Assembly (NCBI GenBank): GCA_044226015.1
Contig: JBGAHS010000002.1
Location: 561,571 to 625,570, forward strand
Reading direction: 5' to 3'
Source of the DNA: Candidatus Obscuribacteraceae bacterium
GTDB taxonomy: Bacteria; Cyanobacteriota; Vampirovibrionia; Obscuribacterales; Obscuribacteraceae
Length of the DNA stretch: 64,000 nucleotides
Position 1 is the first letter of the stretch. Every line of letters begins with the position of its first letter. The notes beneath the pieces are model-generated. The model was not told the origin of the DNA, ran no database searches, and saw only the letters and a list, made by a program, of their open reading frames with translations. This document shows positions 17,396 through 26,535 of this stretch, piece by piece. The position numbers and the translations under genes are program-made.

Positions 17396-20095
17396 GTGGC
17401 TCTCTCTTGCCTGAATTTGAAAGAGAGCAGAAAAGCGCTTCGTGTAATCGAAAGAAAATGCGCTTCTCGGATACTATTTCTTTTTGCTGCGGTTTTACTC
17501 ACACTCAACTTACCCTCGAGAGCTGAGCTTGATACACCGCCGCAAATTTTCCTAGAGGGCAAACCGATAATTGGCATGCCCGTATTGAGTAAATCAAAGA
17601 ACGATTGGTTGATTCCCGTAGCACCAGTAGCACGCGAACTTGGTTCGCAGGTAGAAATCTCAGCTGATGCCAGCACGATTAGAATAACGAGAGCTCAGGA
17701 CGGTTCAACAGCCCTCTATACACCAAGAACAGGTGAATTTATTGTAAACGGAATTCCTTCAGGGTCATACATTCCTGAGGTGCCATTGAATATGGTGGCA
17801 GAGTTTCTCGCATTGCCTGCAGATCTAATGGCAGTGCTTCTCGGTGTCACGATTCAACAAGGTGGGGACCGCATTGAAATTAGCAGAGCAGAAATTAAAA
17901 GCGCTGTGTATGTCCAACCGAAAGAAAACTACAAGGACTTTGGTTTTGACTATCTCCAAACAGAGGCGGGGGAATACTCCTTAAAGTTAAATCCAGAAGT
18001 CGAAGGAAAACCGACTCACTATGCAGTAGTCCAGAATATGTATCTGGGGTCAGGTGGTCATTGGGGACCTTTGAGCTTCAACGGTGGAAGCAGAGTTCAA
18101 GGCGGAACTGGACGAAACTTCTTAACCTTCAACTCCGCCAACTTACAAGTTCGAAATCTGAAAACAGGATTGAAACTATACGGGGGAGACAACCCTCTTT
18201 CCGGATTTCAAAGTAAACAATTGAATGGATATCCTGGCAGAGGACTTTTGCATAATATTCCAAAGAAAAACTGGATATTCTCTGGATTCAACGGCTTAGG
18301 GTTCACGCAGGGTATTCCAGTTGGTGGAGGCACGGTAAGGCTATCTTATGAAAGGTATCTGTCCGCCAACGAAGTGACTTGGGTTCCAAATTCGCGCTTC
18401 CGAGCTTCCTGCGGCACGGTCCTTTTTTACGATCGCCACCCGTTTCTCGACCGGACACAACAACATGGGTATTATCTGCAAACTCTCAGCGCATACCAGA
18501 ATGCGAAATCAAGCATCTTAGGAGAAGCCTTCGTAGGAGAATCCAGGCGAAGCAACCTGCAAAAAGGCGGAGCATACCTGATTGACATAATTGGCAAACA
18601 TCAATTCAATCGTCGCTTCGGCATATTAGCCGAATATGATCGCATTAGTCCGCACTTTGCACATCCCCAAATCGGAAATGCATTTGTAAACAGAAGCGAT
18701 GCGATTGTTGGTGGTGCAGCGACAATCGCAAAGTGGTTGCAAATGAATTGCAATTATTCGTTCAACCAGAGTTTGCTGGAGGCACGACGTCCATCAAGAG
18801 TACAGGTCATTAATGCATCATGGCGCATCAGTCCTTTTAAGAACGGTCCATCTATAAATTTATTGGGCAGCCAAACTTTTTTTCGCCCGCCCATTGCACG
18901 AAACCCGTCTGATGCATTGACTCTAGCGAGAGCGTTTGCTATCAACATTCTAAATCAACCTTTCACACAAGTCTTACAACAAGGCGCGGTTGGCTTAAAT
19001 CGGTCAAAATCTACACTGGCAACGGTGACGATAGATCACCAAGTTAGAGGATATTCTCTTTCTGGTGGTGCCACCACGTCGGTAATAAAAACTCAAGGAC
19101 AACAAAAGCCCACCATAAGCAATTCGATAACAATGTCTCTCGGGCATAATTTCGGACGCCTTGGAGATTTGCAGATTATGTCACAGATAGGAATCTTCAC
19201 CACACGAACATCAACTCATACTTTTGATATCAGGGCCATCTATAAAACGCCCCCTTTGTTCGGACAAACGTCACTGGTATTTGGACCAGGGTACAGCAGA
19301 GCCGGTGAATTTCAACGATTTACTTTCATTACGAGTCTCGCTACTAACGTGCCAGGTGTGGGCTCATACTCCATGAATGTAAATCGCCAGTTAGCGCAGA
19401 CGACTTCTGCCGGCAAGTATGTAAGAACTGTTTTCTTGAACAAAAGCAGAGGACGACAGGCACTTGACACTGCGGCAGAAGGCAGAGTACCACCTTTTGG
19501 AAGCATCACTGGCATTGTTATCGACTCAGCAGAATTTCCCAACAGATTTCCAGCTAAGGCTCCCAAGCTTGCGGGCATCAAAGTTATCCTCGACGGACAA
19601 GAAGGCATTTTTCGGGAAACCGGAAGCGATGGGAAATGGTCATTCAACGATATCCCCGCAGGACGGCATCGGGTTTCTATCTCTGTTATCAGCACCCCAG
19701 CAAGTTATTCCATCGTGAGTCCCCAAACATTTTATGTTCAAATCTGGCCAGGACAAACCACTCAGACTTGTTTCTCCCTTGCGAAGATGGGTCAAATGAA
19801 AGGCACTCTAAAAGCAGCCGACGGCGTCGTAATACCGCATGGACAGTTAGGCAGCGTCAGAGTTTATCTGGCAGAAAGAGACATCGATACACTTTCAGAC
19901 GTAAATGGAAACTTTTATCTGACCGATGTGCCGCCAGGCAATTACACAATCAAGCTCGATTCTGCGTTTCTGCCGGAAGATCTAGTTGCCGATCCAGATG
20001 CAATATCTGTTAAGCTAGGCTCTGGGCAAGTGCTGGAAAATGTCCAGTTTTTCATAAAGAAAAAAGAACGAGAGACAACCAAGAGGAAGATGTAG
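17396..20095 (+). CDS. atypical usher-like outer-membrane protein
   Basis: About 900 aa. Hydrophobic signal region, N-terminal copper-amine-oxidase-stalk-like segment (LIPVAPVARELGSQVEI), long Gly/Ser/aromatic amphipathic beta-strand region, then two Cna-B/carboxypeptidase-regulatory-like domains (TGSDGKWSFNDIPAGRHRV; SDVNGNFYLTDVPPGNYTI). True start uncertain. Confidence 0.55.
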   Translation: MALSCLNLKESRKALRVIERKCASRILFLFAAVLLTLNLPSRAELDTPPQIFLEGKPIIGMPVLSKSKNDWLIPVAPVARELGSQVEISADASTIRITRAQDGSTALYTPRTGEFIVNGIPSGSYIPEVPLNMVAEFLALPADLMAVLLGVTIQQGGDRIEISRAEIKSAVYVQPKENYKDFGFDYLQTEAGEYSLKLNPEVEGKPTHYAVVQNMYLGSGGHWGPLSFNGGSRVQGGTGRNFLTFNSANLQVRNLKTGLKLYGGDNPLSGFQSKQLNGYPGRGLLHNIPKKNWIFSGFNGLGFTQGIPVGGGTVRLSYERYLSANEVTWVPNSRFRASCGTVLFYDRHPFLDRTQQHGYYLQTLSAYQNAKSSILGEAFVGESRRSNLQKGGAYLIDIIGKHQFNRRFGILAEYDRISPHFAHPQIGNAFVNRSDAIVGGAATIAKWLQMNCNYSFNQSLLEARRPSRVQVINASWRISPFKNGPSINLLGSQTFFRPPIARNPSDALTLARAFAINILNQPFTQVLQQGAVGLNRSKSTLATVTIDHQVRGYSLSGGATTSVIKTQGQQKPTISNSITMSLGHNFGRLGDLQIMSQIGIFTTRTSTHTFDIRAIYKTPPLFGQTSLVFGPGYSRAGEFQRFTFITSLATNVPGVGSYSMNVNRQLAQTTSAGKYVRTVFLNKSRGRQALDTAAEGRVPPFGSITGIVIDSAEFPNRFPAKAPKLAGIKVILDGQEGIFRETGSDGKWSFNDIPAGRHRVSISVISTPASYSIVSPQTFYVQIWPGQTTQTCFSLAKMGQMKGTLKAADGVVIPHGQLGSVRVYLAERDIDTLSDVNGNFYLTDVPPGNYTIKLDSAFLPEDLVADPDAISVKLGSGQVLENVQFFIKKKERETTKRKM

Positions 20096-20097
20096 AT

Positions 20098-20613
20098 TTG
20101 AAGTCGCTAAAATCACTCGCGCCATTAATTTCCCTTGCACTATCACTCCAACAATTGCCATCAGCAAAAGCGCAAGGTTTTAGTTTGTCTGCAGACTCAG
20201 ACGGTGTCAGTAAATTGCAAAACATTTCAGCGGGCGCCGAGTCGGGTCATTTTGATCCTGATCTGACGCTAACTAATACTCAGAGCTGCGGCTGGCGAGC
20301 AAACATTGAGAACACAAATTCTGGCGTGATTTTCCAAATCAGAAGGGGCGCAATCAGCGGTCCCGAAAACATCCAATCTAGCATCACTATTAGCGCAGAA
20401 GATGGAGCTAGCCAGGCTGTCTTTGTTCCTGCAGCAAACTATACTAGTGGTGTCCCCCTGACAAACATCTCCAGCACCTACGAAACACTCGGATGGGTTC
20501 GAACAAACGGCGAAGCAAGATTTCGATTGAAAGTATTTGTTTCATCAAAAAGCAAGAATGGCAGCGGAAATGTTTCTGGCACACTTAGTATAATAGGAGC
20601 TCTAGCACCATGA
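20098..20613 (+). CDS. divergent pilin-like subunit, paralog 3
   Basis: Signal peptide ending AKA. WRAN..NTNSG..FQIRRGAISG, YTSGVPLT and GSGNVSGTLSII align with the other paralogs. Lacks the VxVNVP N-terminal strand. Confidence 0.55.
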   Translation: MKSLKSLAPLISLALSLQQLPSAKAQGFSLSADSDGVSKLQNISAGAESGHFDPDLTLTNTQSCGWRANIENTNSGVIFQIRRGAISGPENIQSSITISAEDGASQAVFVPAANYTSGVPLTNISSTYETLGWVRTNGEARFRLKVFVSSKSKNGSGNVSGTLSIIGALAP

Positions 20614-20639
20614 ACGCGGAAAGCAAAGGCAACTGTCAA

Positions 20640-21218
20640 ATGAATTCTAAAGCAGTGAAATGCCTCCTTTCAGCCGCCTGCGCATTCACATGTATAGTAG
20701 TTTGCTCGACAGCAGCAAGAGCGCAGAGCGCACCAAGCGGTGCGGTTACGGTAAATGTCCAGGTCAATGTACCTACTACAGTTAAGCTTACGGGAACAGA
20801 CAACATCACCACAATGCAGACGCTCATTCTTGACTCTTCGAACATAACTTTCGATTCGAACCTGAATGCGGCAGGACGGGCCATTGTTACCTGGCGTGGA
20901 AACACAAATTCGAATAAAGGATTCAAGATCACTGTTCAGAGGAGCGCTATCACAGGCACAGCGCCAAGCACAATGCAATCAAGCGTACTATTGTCCGGTG
21001 AACCGACACCCGGGGCGGACCAAACTGTAACTATTGCAAGCCCATATGTCTCTGGAGTGCCTTTAACCCAAGTGCCCGATTCACTGCCCGACACATTTTG
21101 TTCTACCAATGGACCCGGCTCTGCCAATTTCAGTGTGAAACTCAGCATTTCAGCCCCCTCCTCTGCCGGAACGGGGACGATTAACACGCTGCTCACATTC
21201 GTTGCCGCTACGCTATAG
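20640..21218 (+). CDS. secreted pilin-like subunit, paralog 4
   Basis: Signal peptide ending ARA, VTVNVQVNVPTTV, WRGNTNSNKGF, FCST, GTINTLLTFVAATL. Alternative start 20610 overlaps the upstream stop. Confidence 0.68.
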   Translation: MNSKAVKCLLSAACAFTCIVVCSTAARAQSAPSGAVTVNVQVNVPTTVKLTGTDNITTMQTLILDSSNITFDSNLNAAGRAIVTWRGNTNSNKGFKITVQRSAITGTAPSTMQSSVLLSGEPTPGADQTVTIASPYVSGVPLTQVPDSLPDTFCSTNGPGSANFSVKLSISAPSSAGTGTINTLLTFVAATL

Positions 21219-21284
21219 ATTTCAACTCTTAAAGGGATTAAAACTAGTATTGTTCAATGACAATTATTGAATGTCCGCACGGCT

Positions 21285-23810
21285 TCAATCCTCGTAGTTG
21301 TCTTCGCTGGTTCTGATTATGTCGAGTTCGACGGCAACAGGCTCAACTTGCCAAATATTGCGGCAGTATTCCTGGATGGAACGATCTGACGAAAATTTAC
21401 CCATTCTGGCAACATTGAGTATGGACTTTCTTGTCCATTCCTGAGGGTCTTTCCAGAGCTGAGAAACCTTTTCCTGGCAATCGATATATAGCGGGTAGTC
21501 AGCCAAAATCATAAACGGGTCATTGCTTACCAACGTTCTAAGTAATGGATGAAAGAGCCCCTGATAGCCCGGGCTAAGTGCACCAGAACCAATTAAATCG
21601 AGCACCTCATGCAATTCCGAATTTTTGTCGTAAATCAGATGGGGATTGTAGGAATGCTGTTTGAGCTTATTGATTTCTTCGACGCTCAACCCAAACTTGA
21701 AAAAATTCTCCTCACCAACAGCCTGCATGATCTCAATATTGGCACCATCTAGAGTGCCTATCGTAAGCGCACCGTTCATTGAAAATTTCATATTACCAGT
21801 GCCGGAGGCTTCCAGCCCTGCTGTTGAAATTTGTTCCGATAGATCGGCTGCAGGGTAGATGAGATGAGCATTTTTGACATTGAAGTCAGGGAAAAATACC
21901 ACCTTCAGAAATTGGGCGCAATCAGGGTCATTGTTGACTAACGCAGCCACCGAATTGATTAGCTTGATGATGAGCTTAGCCATATAATAGCCCGGCGCAG
22001 CTTTTCCTCCAAAAATGAACGAACGCGGAACCATTCCCTCGGTCTTTCCATTCTTGATGCGCTTGTACAACGTCAATATGTGCAATACGTTCAAAACCTG
22101 GCGCTTGTACTCATGAATTCGCTTTGTCTGAACGTCGAAAAGCGAGCGACAATCAAGTGTAATGCCGCAGACTTCCTTAATTTTGGCAGCCAATATTTGC
22201 TTGCGTACGAATTTCACAGCAGCCCATTTTTTCCGAAAGCCCTGGTCACCAGCGAGACTTTCAAGCTTCTTAAGCTCAGAGAGATTGCTCTTCCAATCTT
22301 CCCCTATGGCATCGCTGATCAACCGGGAGAGTTCTGGATTGGACACGAGCATAAATCGTCGCGGCGTAACACCATTGGTCACATTGAAAAATTTCTCTGG
22401 CCAGAGCTCGTAAAAATCCCGCAGCACTGTATTCTTCAATAACTCGCTGTGAAGCTCAGCCACTCCGTTGATAGCATGGCTGCCGACACAAGCGAGATTA
22501 GCCATGCGAATATGCTTTTCACCCGACTCATCAATTAAAGATACGCGAGAAATTATGCCCTCATCGCCCGGACGAGCCTGGCGAACAGAATTGAGAAACC
22601 GCTCGTTGATTTCGTAAATTATCTCAAGATGCCGCGGCAATAAACGTTCAAATAGCGGAAGGCTGTATGTCTCAAGAGCTTCTGGAAGAAGAGTGTGATT
22701 TGTATACGACATGCAGCGGTTTGTAATTTGCCAGGACTTATCCCAGTCCACGCCGTAAACATCAACAAGCAAGCGCATCAACTCCGCGACTGCCAGCGCC
22801 GGATGAGTATCATTGAGCTGCACGGCATACTTATCTGCAAAATGCTCAAAATTCTTTTCTTTCTGGAGATAGATTCGAATCATATCTTGCAATGAGCACG
22901 AGACGAAAAAGTACTGTTGCTCAAGTCTCAACTGCTTCCCTGCGGCAGGTTCATCGTTTGGATAAAGCACCTTAGTGATATTCTCGGAACTAATCTTCTC
23001 CTGAACGGCTTTGTAATAATCACCGATGTTGAAAGCCTGAAAATCAAAAGACTCAGTAGCTTCTGCTTTCCAGAGCCGGAGCAGATTCGCAGTGTTGACG
23101 CCATAGCCGAGTACTGGAGTATCACAGGCAATGCCTCTGACGACTCTATCCGGATGCCAGTTCACTCTGATGTGACCGTGCGCATCTACATACCGTTGTG
23201 TACGTCCTCCAAATCCAACCTCAAAGTTGAGCGCAGTGTTTGAGATCTCCCATGGATTTCCGTGCCTGAGCCATTTGTCTGTCATTTCAACTTGCCATCC
23301 ATCACGAATCGCCTGGCTGAAAATACCAAATTCATATCTGATACCATATCCGATGGCAGGTATCTGCATCGTGGCAAGCGAGTCCATGTAGCAAGCTGCT
23401 AATCGTCCGAGTCCGCCGTTGCCGAGACCAGGCTCTGCTTCTTGCTCAAGAAGATCATCGAGCTTGATTTTTAGCTCAAGCAAAGTCAGCTCAGCATCAG
23501 GGTAAATATCAAGGCTGATCAGATTATTTGCCAGTTGAGGACCGGTCAGATACTCTGCAGAGAGATAGCAAACTGTCCTCGAACCTTTTTCATAATAGGT
23601 TCGTGCAGTGCTCGTCCACCTCCGCATCAACCTATCTCTCACTACTCTAGCCAGAGCCAAATAATAATCGTTTTTTGTAGCCGCCCCTGCGAATTTCCCC
23701 TGGTCAGAACGAAGATTCTCAAGCAGGTGTCTCTTGATTGCTTCATTCGTGCTTGACACCCGCATTTCGATAGTATCGGCGCCCCTCTTGCGTTTCGAAC
23801 TTTCAATCAC
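21285..23810 (-). CDS. glgP: glycogen/starch phosphorylase
   Basis: GLGNGGLGRLAAC, KRIHEYKRQ, EASGTGNMKF (PLP Lys), FSSDRSI.EY. GTG 23810 follows a strong GGAGGAGGA SD. Confidence 0.96.
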   Translation of the reverse strand: MIESSKRKRGADTIEMRVSSTNEAIKRHLLENLRSDQGKFAGAATKNDYYLALARVVRDRLMRRWTSTARTYYEKGSRTVCYLSAEYLTGPQLANNLISLDIYPDAELTLLELKIKLDDLLEQEAEPGLGNGGLGRLAACYMDSLATMQIPAIGYGIRYEFGIFSQAIRDGWQVEMTDKWLRHGNPWEISNTALNFEVGFGGRTQRYVDAHGHIRVNWHPDRVVRGIACDTPVLGYGVNTANLLRLWKAEATESFDFQAFNIGDYYKAVQEKISSENITKVLYPNDEPAAGKQLRLEQQYFFVSCSLQDMIRIYLQKEKNFEHFADKYAVQLNDTHPALAVAELMRLLVDVYGVDWDKSWQITNRCMSYTNHTLLPEALETYSLPLFERLLPRHLEIIYEINERFLNSVRQARPGDEGIISRVSLIDESGEKHIRMANLACVGSHAINGVAELHSELLKNTVLRDFYELWPEKFFNVTNGVTPRRFMLVSNPELSRLISDAIGEDWKSNLSELKKLESLAGDQGFRKKWAAVKFVRKQILAAKIKEVCGITLDCRSLFDVQTKRIHEYKRQVLNVLHILTLYKRIKNGKTEGMVPRSFIFGGKAAPGYYMAKLIIKLINSVAALVNNDPDCAQFLKVVFFPDFNVKNAHLIYPAADLSEQISTAGLEASGTGNMKFSMNGALTIGTLDGANIEIMQAVGEENFFKFGLSVEEINKLKQHSYNPHLIYDKNSELHEVLDLIGSGALSPGYQGLFHPLLRTLVSNDPFMILADYPLYIDCQEKVSQLWKDPQEWTRKSILNVARMGKFSSDRSIQEYCRNIWQVEPVAVELDIIRTSEDNYED

Positions 23811-24069
23811 GATTCCTCCTCCTCCTCGCCTTTGAGAGCGAAATCTATGCACAAACGGGCTAGATTTAGGGCAAGACTAATTTGACTGGACGATGATAGA
23901 TCATGTAATTGCATACGGCTTCAATCTGCGGATTGAGTGCTTCTGATTTCTTTCTTAAATTTCAAAGCGAATTACAATCTCGAGCCAATGCTAACATCAC
24001 GCAAATTTCACACGACACCACCTAAGCTATGTTCGTGATTGAGTTGAGTGGCTGCCAAAGAGGTTAATC

Positions 24070-24789
24070 ATGAGCAATGAACTAACTGGGCACAGAGAGA
24101 AAGAGCACGAAAACGTAGATTCAAAGGAAGATGGCAAAGCTCATTCCGAGACTGCGCGCTCACTGCTATCCCAAGCAGCATGTGACCTTCAAAAACCAGT
24201 AACAGTTAACCACCCTGGAGATGGTTATTTTCAAGCTCTCAAAGAAAAATTACCAGCGGCTCCTGATGAACAGGTTTCGGAGCTAGCAAAAGAAACGAAA
24301 GCCAATATGGGTGGCAAAAACGTACTGAAGCTTGGTGAGCAACTCGAATTACCGCAGCTTGATTTTAGCAAATGCAGCAATAGTACAGAGGCCCTGCGAC
24401 AATTACCAGGACCAGAACAGCTTGAGAATATGGCAAAATCCGGACAAAATTTGAGTCCAGCAGAAAAGAATGCTCTCAACGGTTTCATTGAATTTCCAGA
24501 TAACTATCGGGCTGGCTACCTTGGCGGATTGCAACGAAACAACGTCATAACGCAAAGTGAGCAGAACGAGCTGAATGGGTTTAGAGAATTTCCAAAAAAC
24601 TATCGCGCTGGCTACCTTGGTGGACTGGAACGAAACCATGAAATCAGTTCTAAGGATAAAGCAGAGCTAAATGGGTATAGAGAATTTCCAGCGAATGCTC
24701 GCGCCGGCTTCCTTGCGGGACTGGAAAGAAAAAACGAAATTTCCGACGACGAGAGAATTGAATTACGGGAATACCGTCGACATCGATAG
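24070..24789 (+). CDS. hypothetical protein with LysM-like segment and three C-terminal 32-aa repeats
   Basis: SD GAGG. PGDGYFQAL...NVLKLGEQLELP (LysM-like), then LNG(F/Y).EFP.N.RAG(Y/F)L.GL.R three times. Confidence 0.75.
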   Translation: MSNELTGHREKEHENVDSKEDGKAHSETARSLLSQAACDLQKPVTVNHPGDGYFQALKEKLPAAPDEQVSELAKETKANMGGKNVLKLGEQLELPQLDFSKCSNSTEALRQLPGPEQLENMAKSGQNLSPAEKNALNGFIEFPDNYRAGYLGGLQRNNVITQSEQNELNGFREFPKNYRAGYLGGLERNHEISSKDKAELNGYREFPANARAGFLAGLERKNEISDDERIELREYRRHR

Positions 24790-24861
24790 TAGCCAAGGCT
24801 AGGACTATGCAATTTCCAGCGCGCACGATGAAAATGCAAAACTTGAGAAGTGCTGATATTT

Positions 24862-26520
24862 ATGCAAAAGACTAAGATGCCACAGCTCAGGTATCTCTTA
24901 TTTATGATGTGCCTCGCGCTAATGAGCAACTCAGCTTCAGTGGCAATACCTGAGCCAAATTACGTAACGTTCTCCATCATGGGACCAATGGCATTCGGTC
25001 CCAAAATAATCAATGGCATTGTTCAACCGCGCTCACTGTGGGCAGAAACTGAAAAAACTGCAGTTGAAGAAATGAGGAAGGAGTTCGGTGAGCAACGCCC
25101 CGGACAACAACGTTACATCGGCTTCTCAGTCTGGATACCCACTTTAAATCTGACTCTAGAGCAACTAAAAGCCGAAATAGTATCTGCCCTTGACCTTGCA
25201 GAGCGAAACAAAATTCCAGTATTTTTCCATCTAGATGACGAGCATATGCTGTGGGGCAACCCAGAGTTTTTGCAAAATAAAGAAATGGCAGAATGGTCAG
25301 ACTTTCCCAAAGCAGGATCCAAGCAGGGACCTGTAGTGCCAAGATACTGGCTTAACTGGGGCGACCCAGCAAATGTTTACCCTGTGCCACCACTTTGTTT
25401 TGCTTGCCAGCAAACAAAAGCAATTATGGCCAAGCGACTCAAGGAATGCGTTGCTCTGCCCATCGTCCAGAGATTAAATCGATGGCGAAAAGAAGGAAAG
25501 GAGTACCTATTTGCAGGTCTGGCGTCTGGAAACGAGACCAAGGTGCCTGACTTCAGTCGAGGATATGAAGGCTACAGAGGTGTAGGAGAGCCAGGGGGTC
25601 TCGACAATACACAATTTCCTGCGATAAAAAACACAATGACTAAAACGGAAATGCTGCCGATTGGGTATCACTCCCTGTCAGTAATGGGCTTCAATAAACA
25701 GACAATTGAGAATCTGGCGAGGGCTCAACACAAGACAAAAAGTAGAATCGTACACGAGCTTCTTTTCAAAGTCGCTCAAGATTATGCCGAATTCCAAACC
25801 AGAACATTGAATCTAGCAGGGTTGCCCAAAAGCAACACATATACACATTTTACCAGCACTAACTATACAATGGGCTCACTCGACGACCAGTTGAAAGCAA
25901 TCGAATCTCAACCGAGCGCCAGTGCGAGACCAGGCTCCGACAACATGGCACCACCTGTAGTAGCATCAGTAAATCAACACAGCCGACCTGGTTTCACAAT
26001 TGTAAAAAATGGGGTCGACCTTAATGAACTTGTTTCCCAACTACAGAAAGCAGGCGCACCAGATAGAGGCATGTCTTGGGCAGCAGTCGAGAGCTATGCC
26101 TGCTCAGGGCAGCCTGGCACACCTCAAACACAAGTACAATATGAGCAATATCTAGGAGGGCTTCTAAGCCACGGGGCAAAAGTAGTGAATTGCTATGGTT
26201 GGAATATCACTAGCGGCCCCTATACAGTTAAGACATCTGGAGTAATTCCGGCAGTTAAAGCCTGGGTCAACGGAAAGAAATTGCCCTCAGACTGGAGTTG
26301 CTCCGATGATATCGCTCGACAAAAATCGATACAAGAAAAGGTCGCGATACTACAACGCGCGGCACATGATTTCGTTAATAGCGGAAACGATCCACACAAG
26401 GTACAGCATGAGCTCGAAACCTTTCAACGCGAATTTGAACCACTTCTAAAAAGCGGAAAGTTCGTTGAAGCCGAGTCATCTGTAGACAAAGCTATAGTGC
26501 GCATCAAGGCGCTTAAGTAA
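24862..26520 (+). CDS. secreted hypothetical protein, possibly a glycoside-hydrolase-like TIM barrel
   Basis: Signal peptide and long ORF. FHLDDEH, ASGNETK and WAAVES could be GH-A-like acid/base and nucleophile positions (inference). Start uncertain (24850/24862/24877). Confidence 0.6.
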   Translation: MQKTKMPQLRYLLFMMCLALMSNSASVAIPEPNYVTFSIMGPMAFGPKIINGIVQPRSLWAETEKTAVEEMRKEFGEQRPGQQRYIGFSVWIPTLNLTLEQLKAEIVSALDLAERNKIPVFFHLDDEHMLWGNPEFLQNKEMAEWSDFPKAGSKQGPVVPRYWLNWGDPANVYPVPPLCFACQQTKAIMAKRLKECVALPIVQRLNRWRKEGKEYLFAGLASGNETKVPDFSRGYEGYRGVGEPGGLDNTQFPAIKNTMTKTEMLPIGYHSLSVMGFNKQTIENLARAQHKTKSRIVHELLFKVAQDYAEFQTRTLNLAGLPKSNTYTHFTSTNYTMGSLDDQLKAIESQPSASARPGSDNMAPPVVASVNQHSRPGFTIVKNGVDLNELVSQLQKAGAPDRGMSWAAVESYACSGQPGTPQTQVQYEQYLGGLLSHGAKVVNCYGWNITSGPYTVKTSGVIPAVKAWVNGKKLPSDWSCSDDIARQKSIQEKVAILQRAAHDFVNSGNDPHKVQHELETFQREFEPLLKSGKFVEAESSVDKAIVRIKALK

Positions 26521-26535
26521 GTATGCATCAGACTC

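Noticed and set aside
13176..21218. type IV pilus or Gram-positive WxL/sortase cluster
   Set aside because: No class III prepilin G/FxxxE motif, ATPase, sortase or LPxTG. The subunit terminus is LTFV rather than WxL, and a barrel-like protein is present.
23811..23852. N-terminal extension MHRFRSQRRGGGGI of GlgP
   Set aside because: The GGAGGAGGAGGA run is better explained as the SD for GTG 23810.
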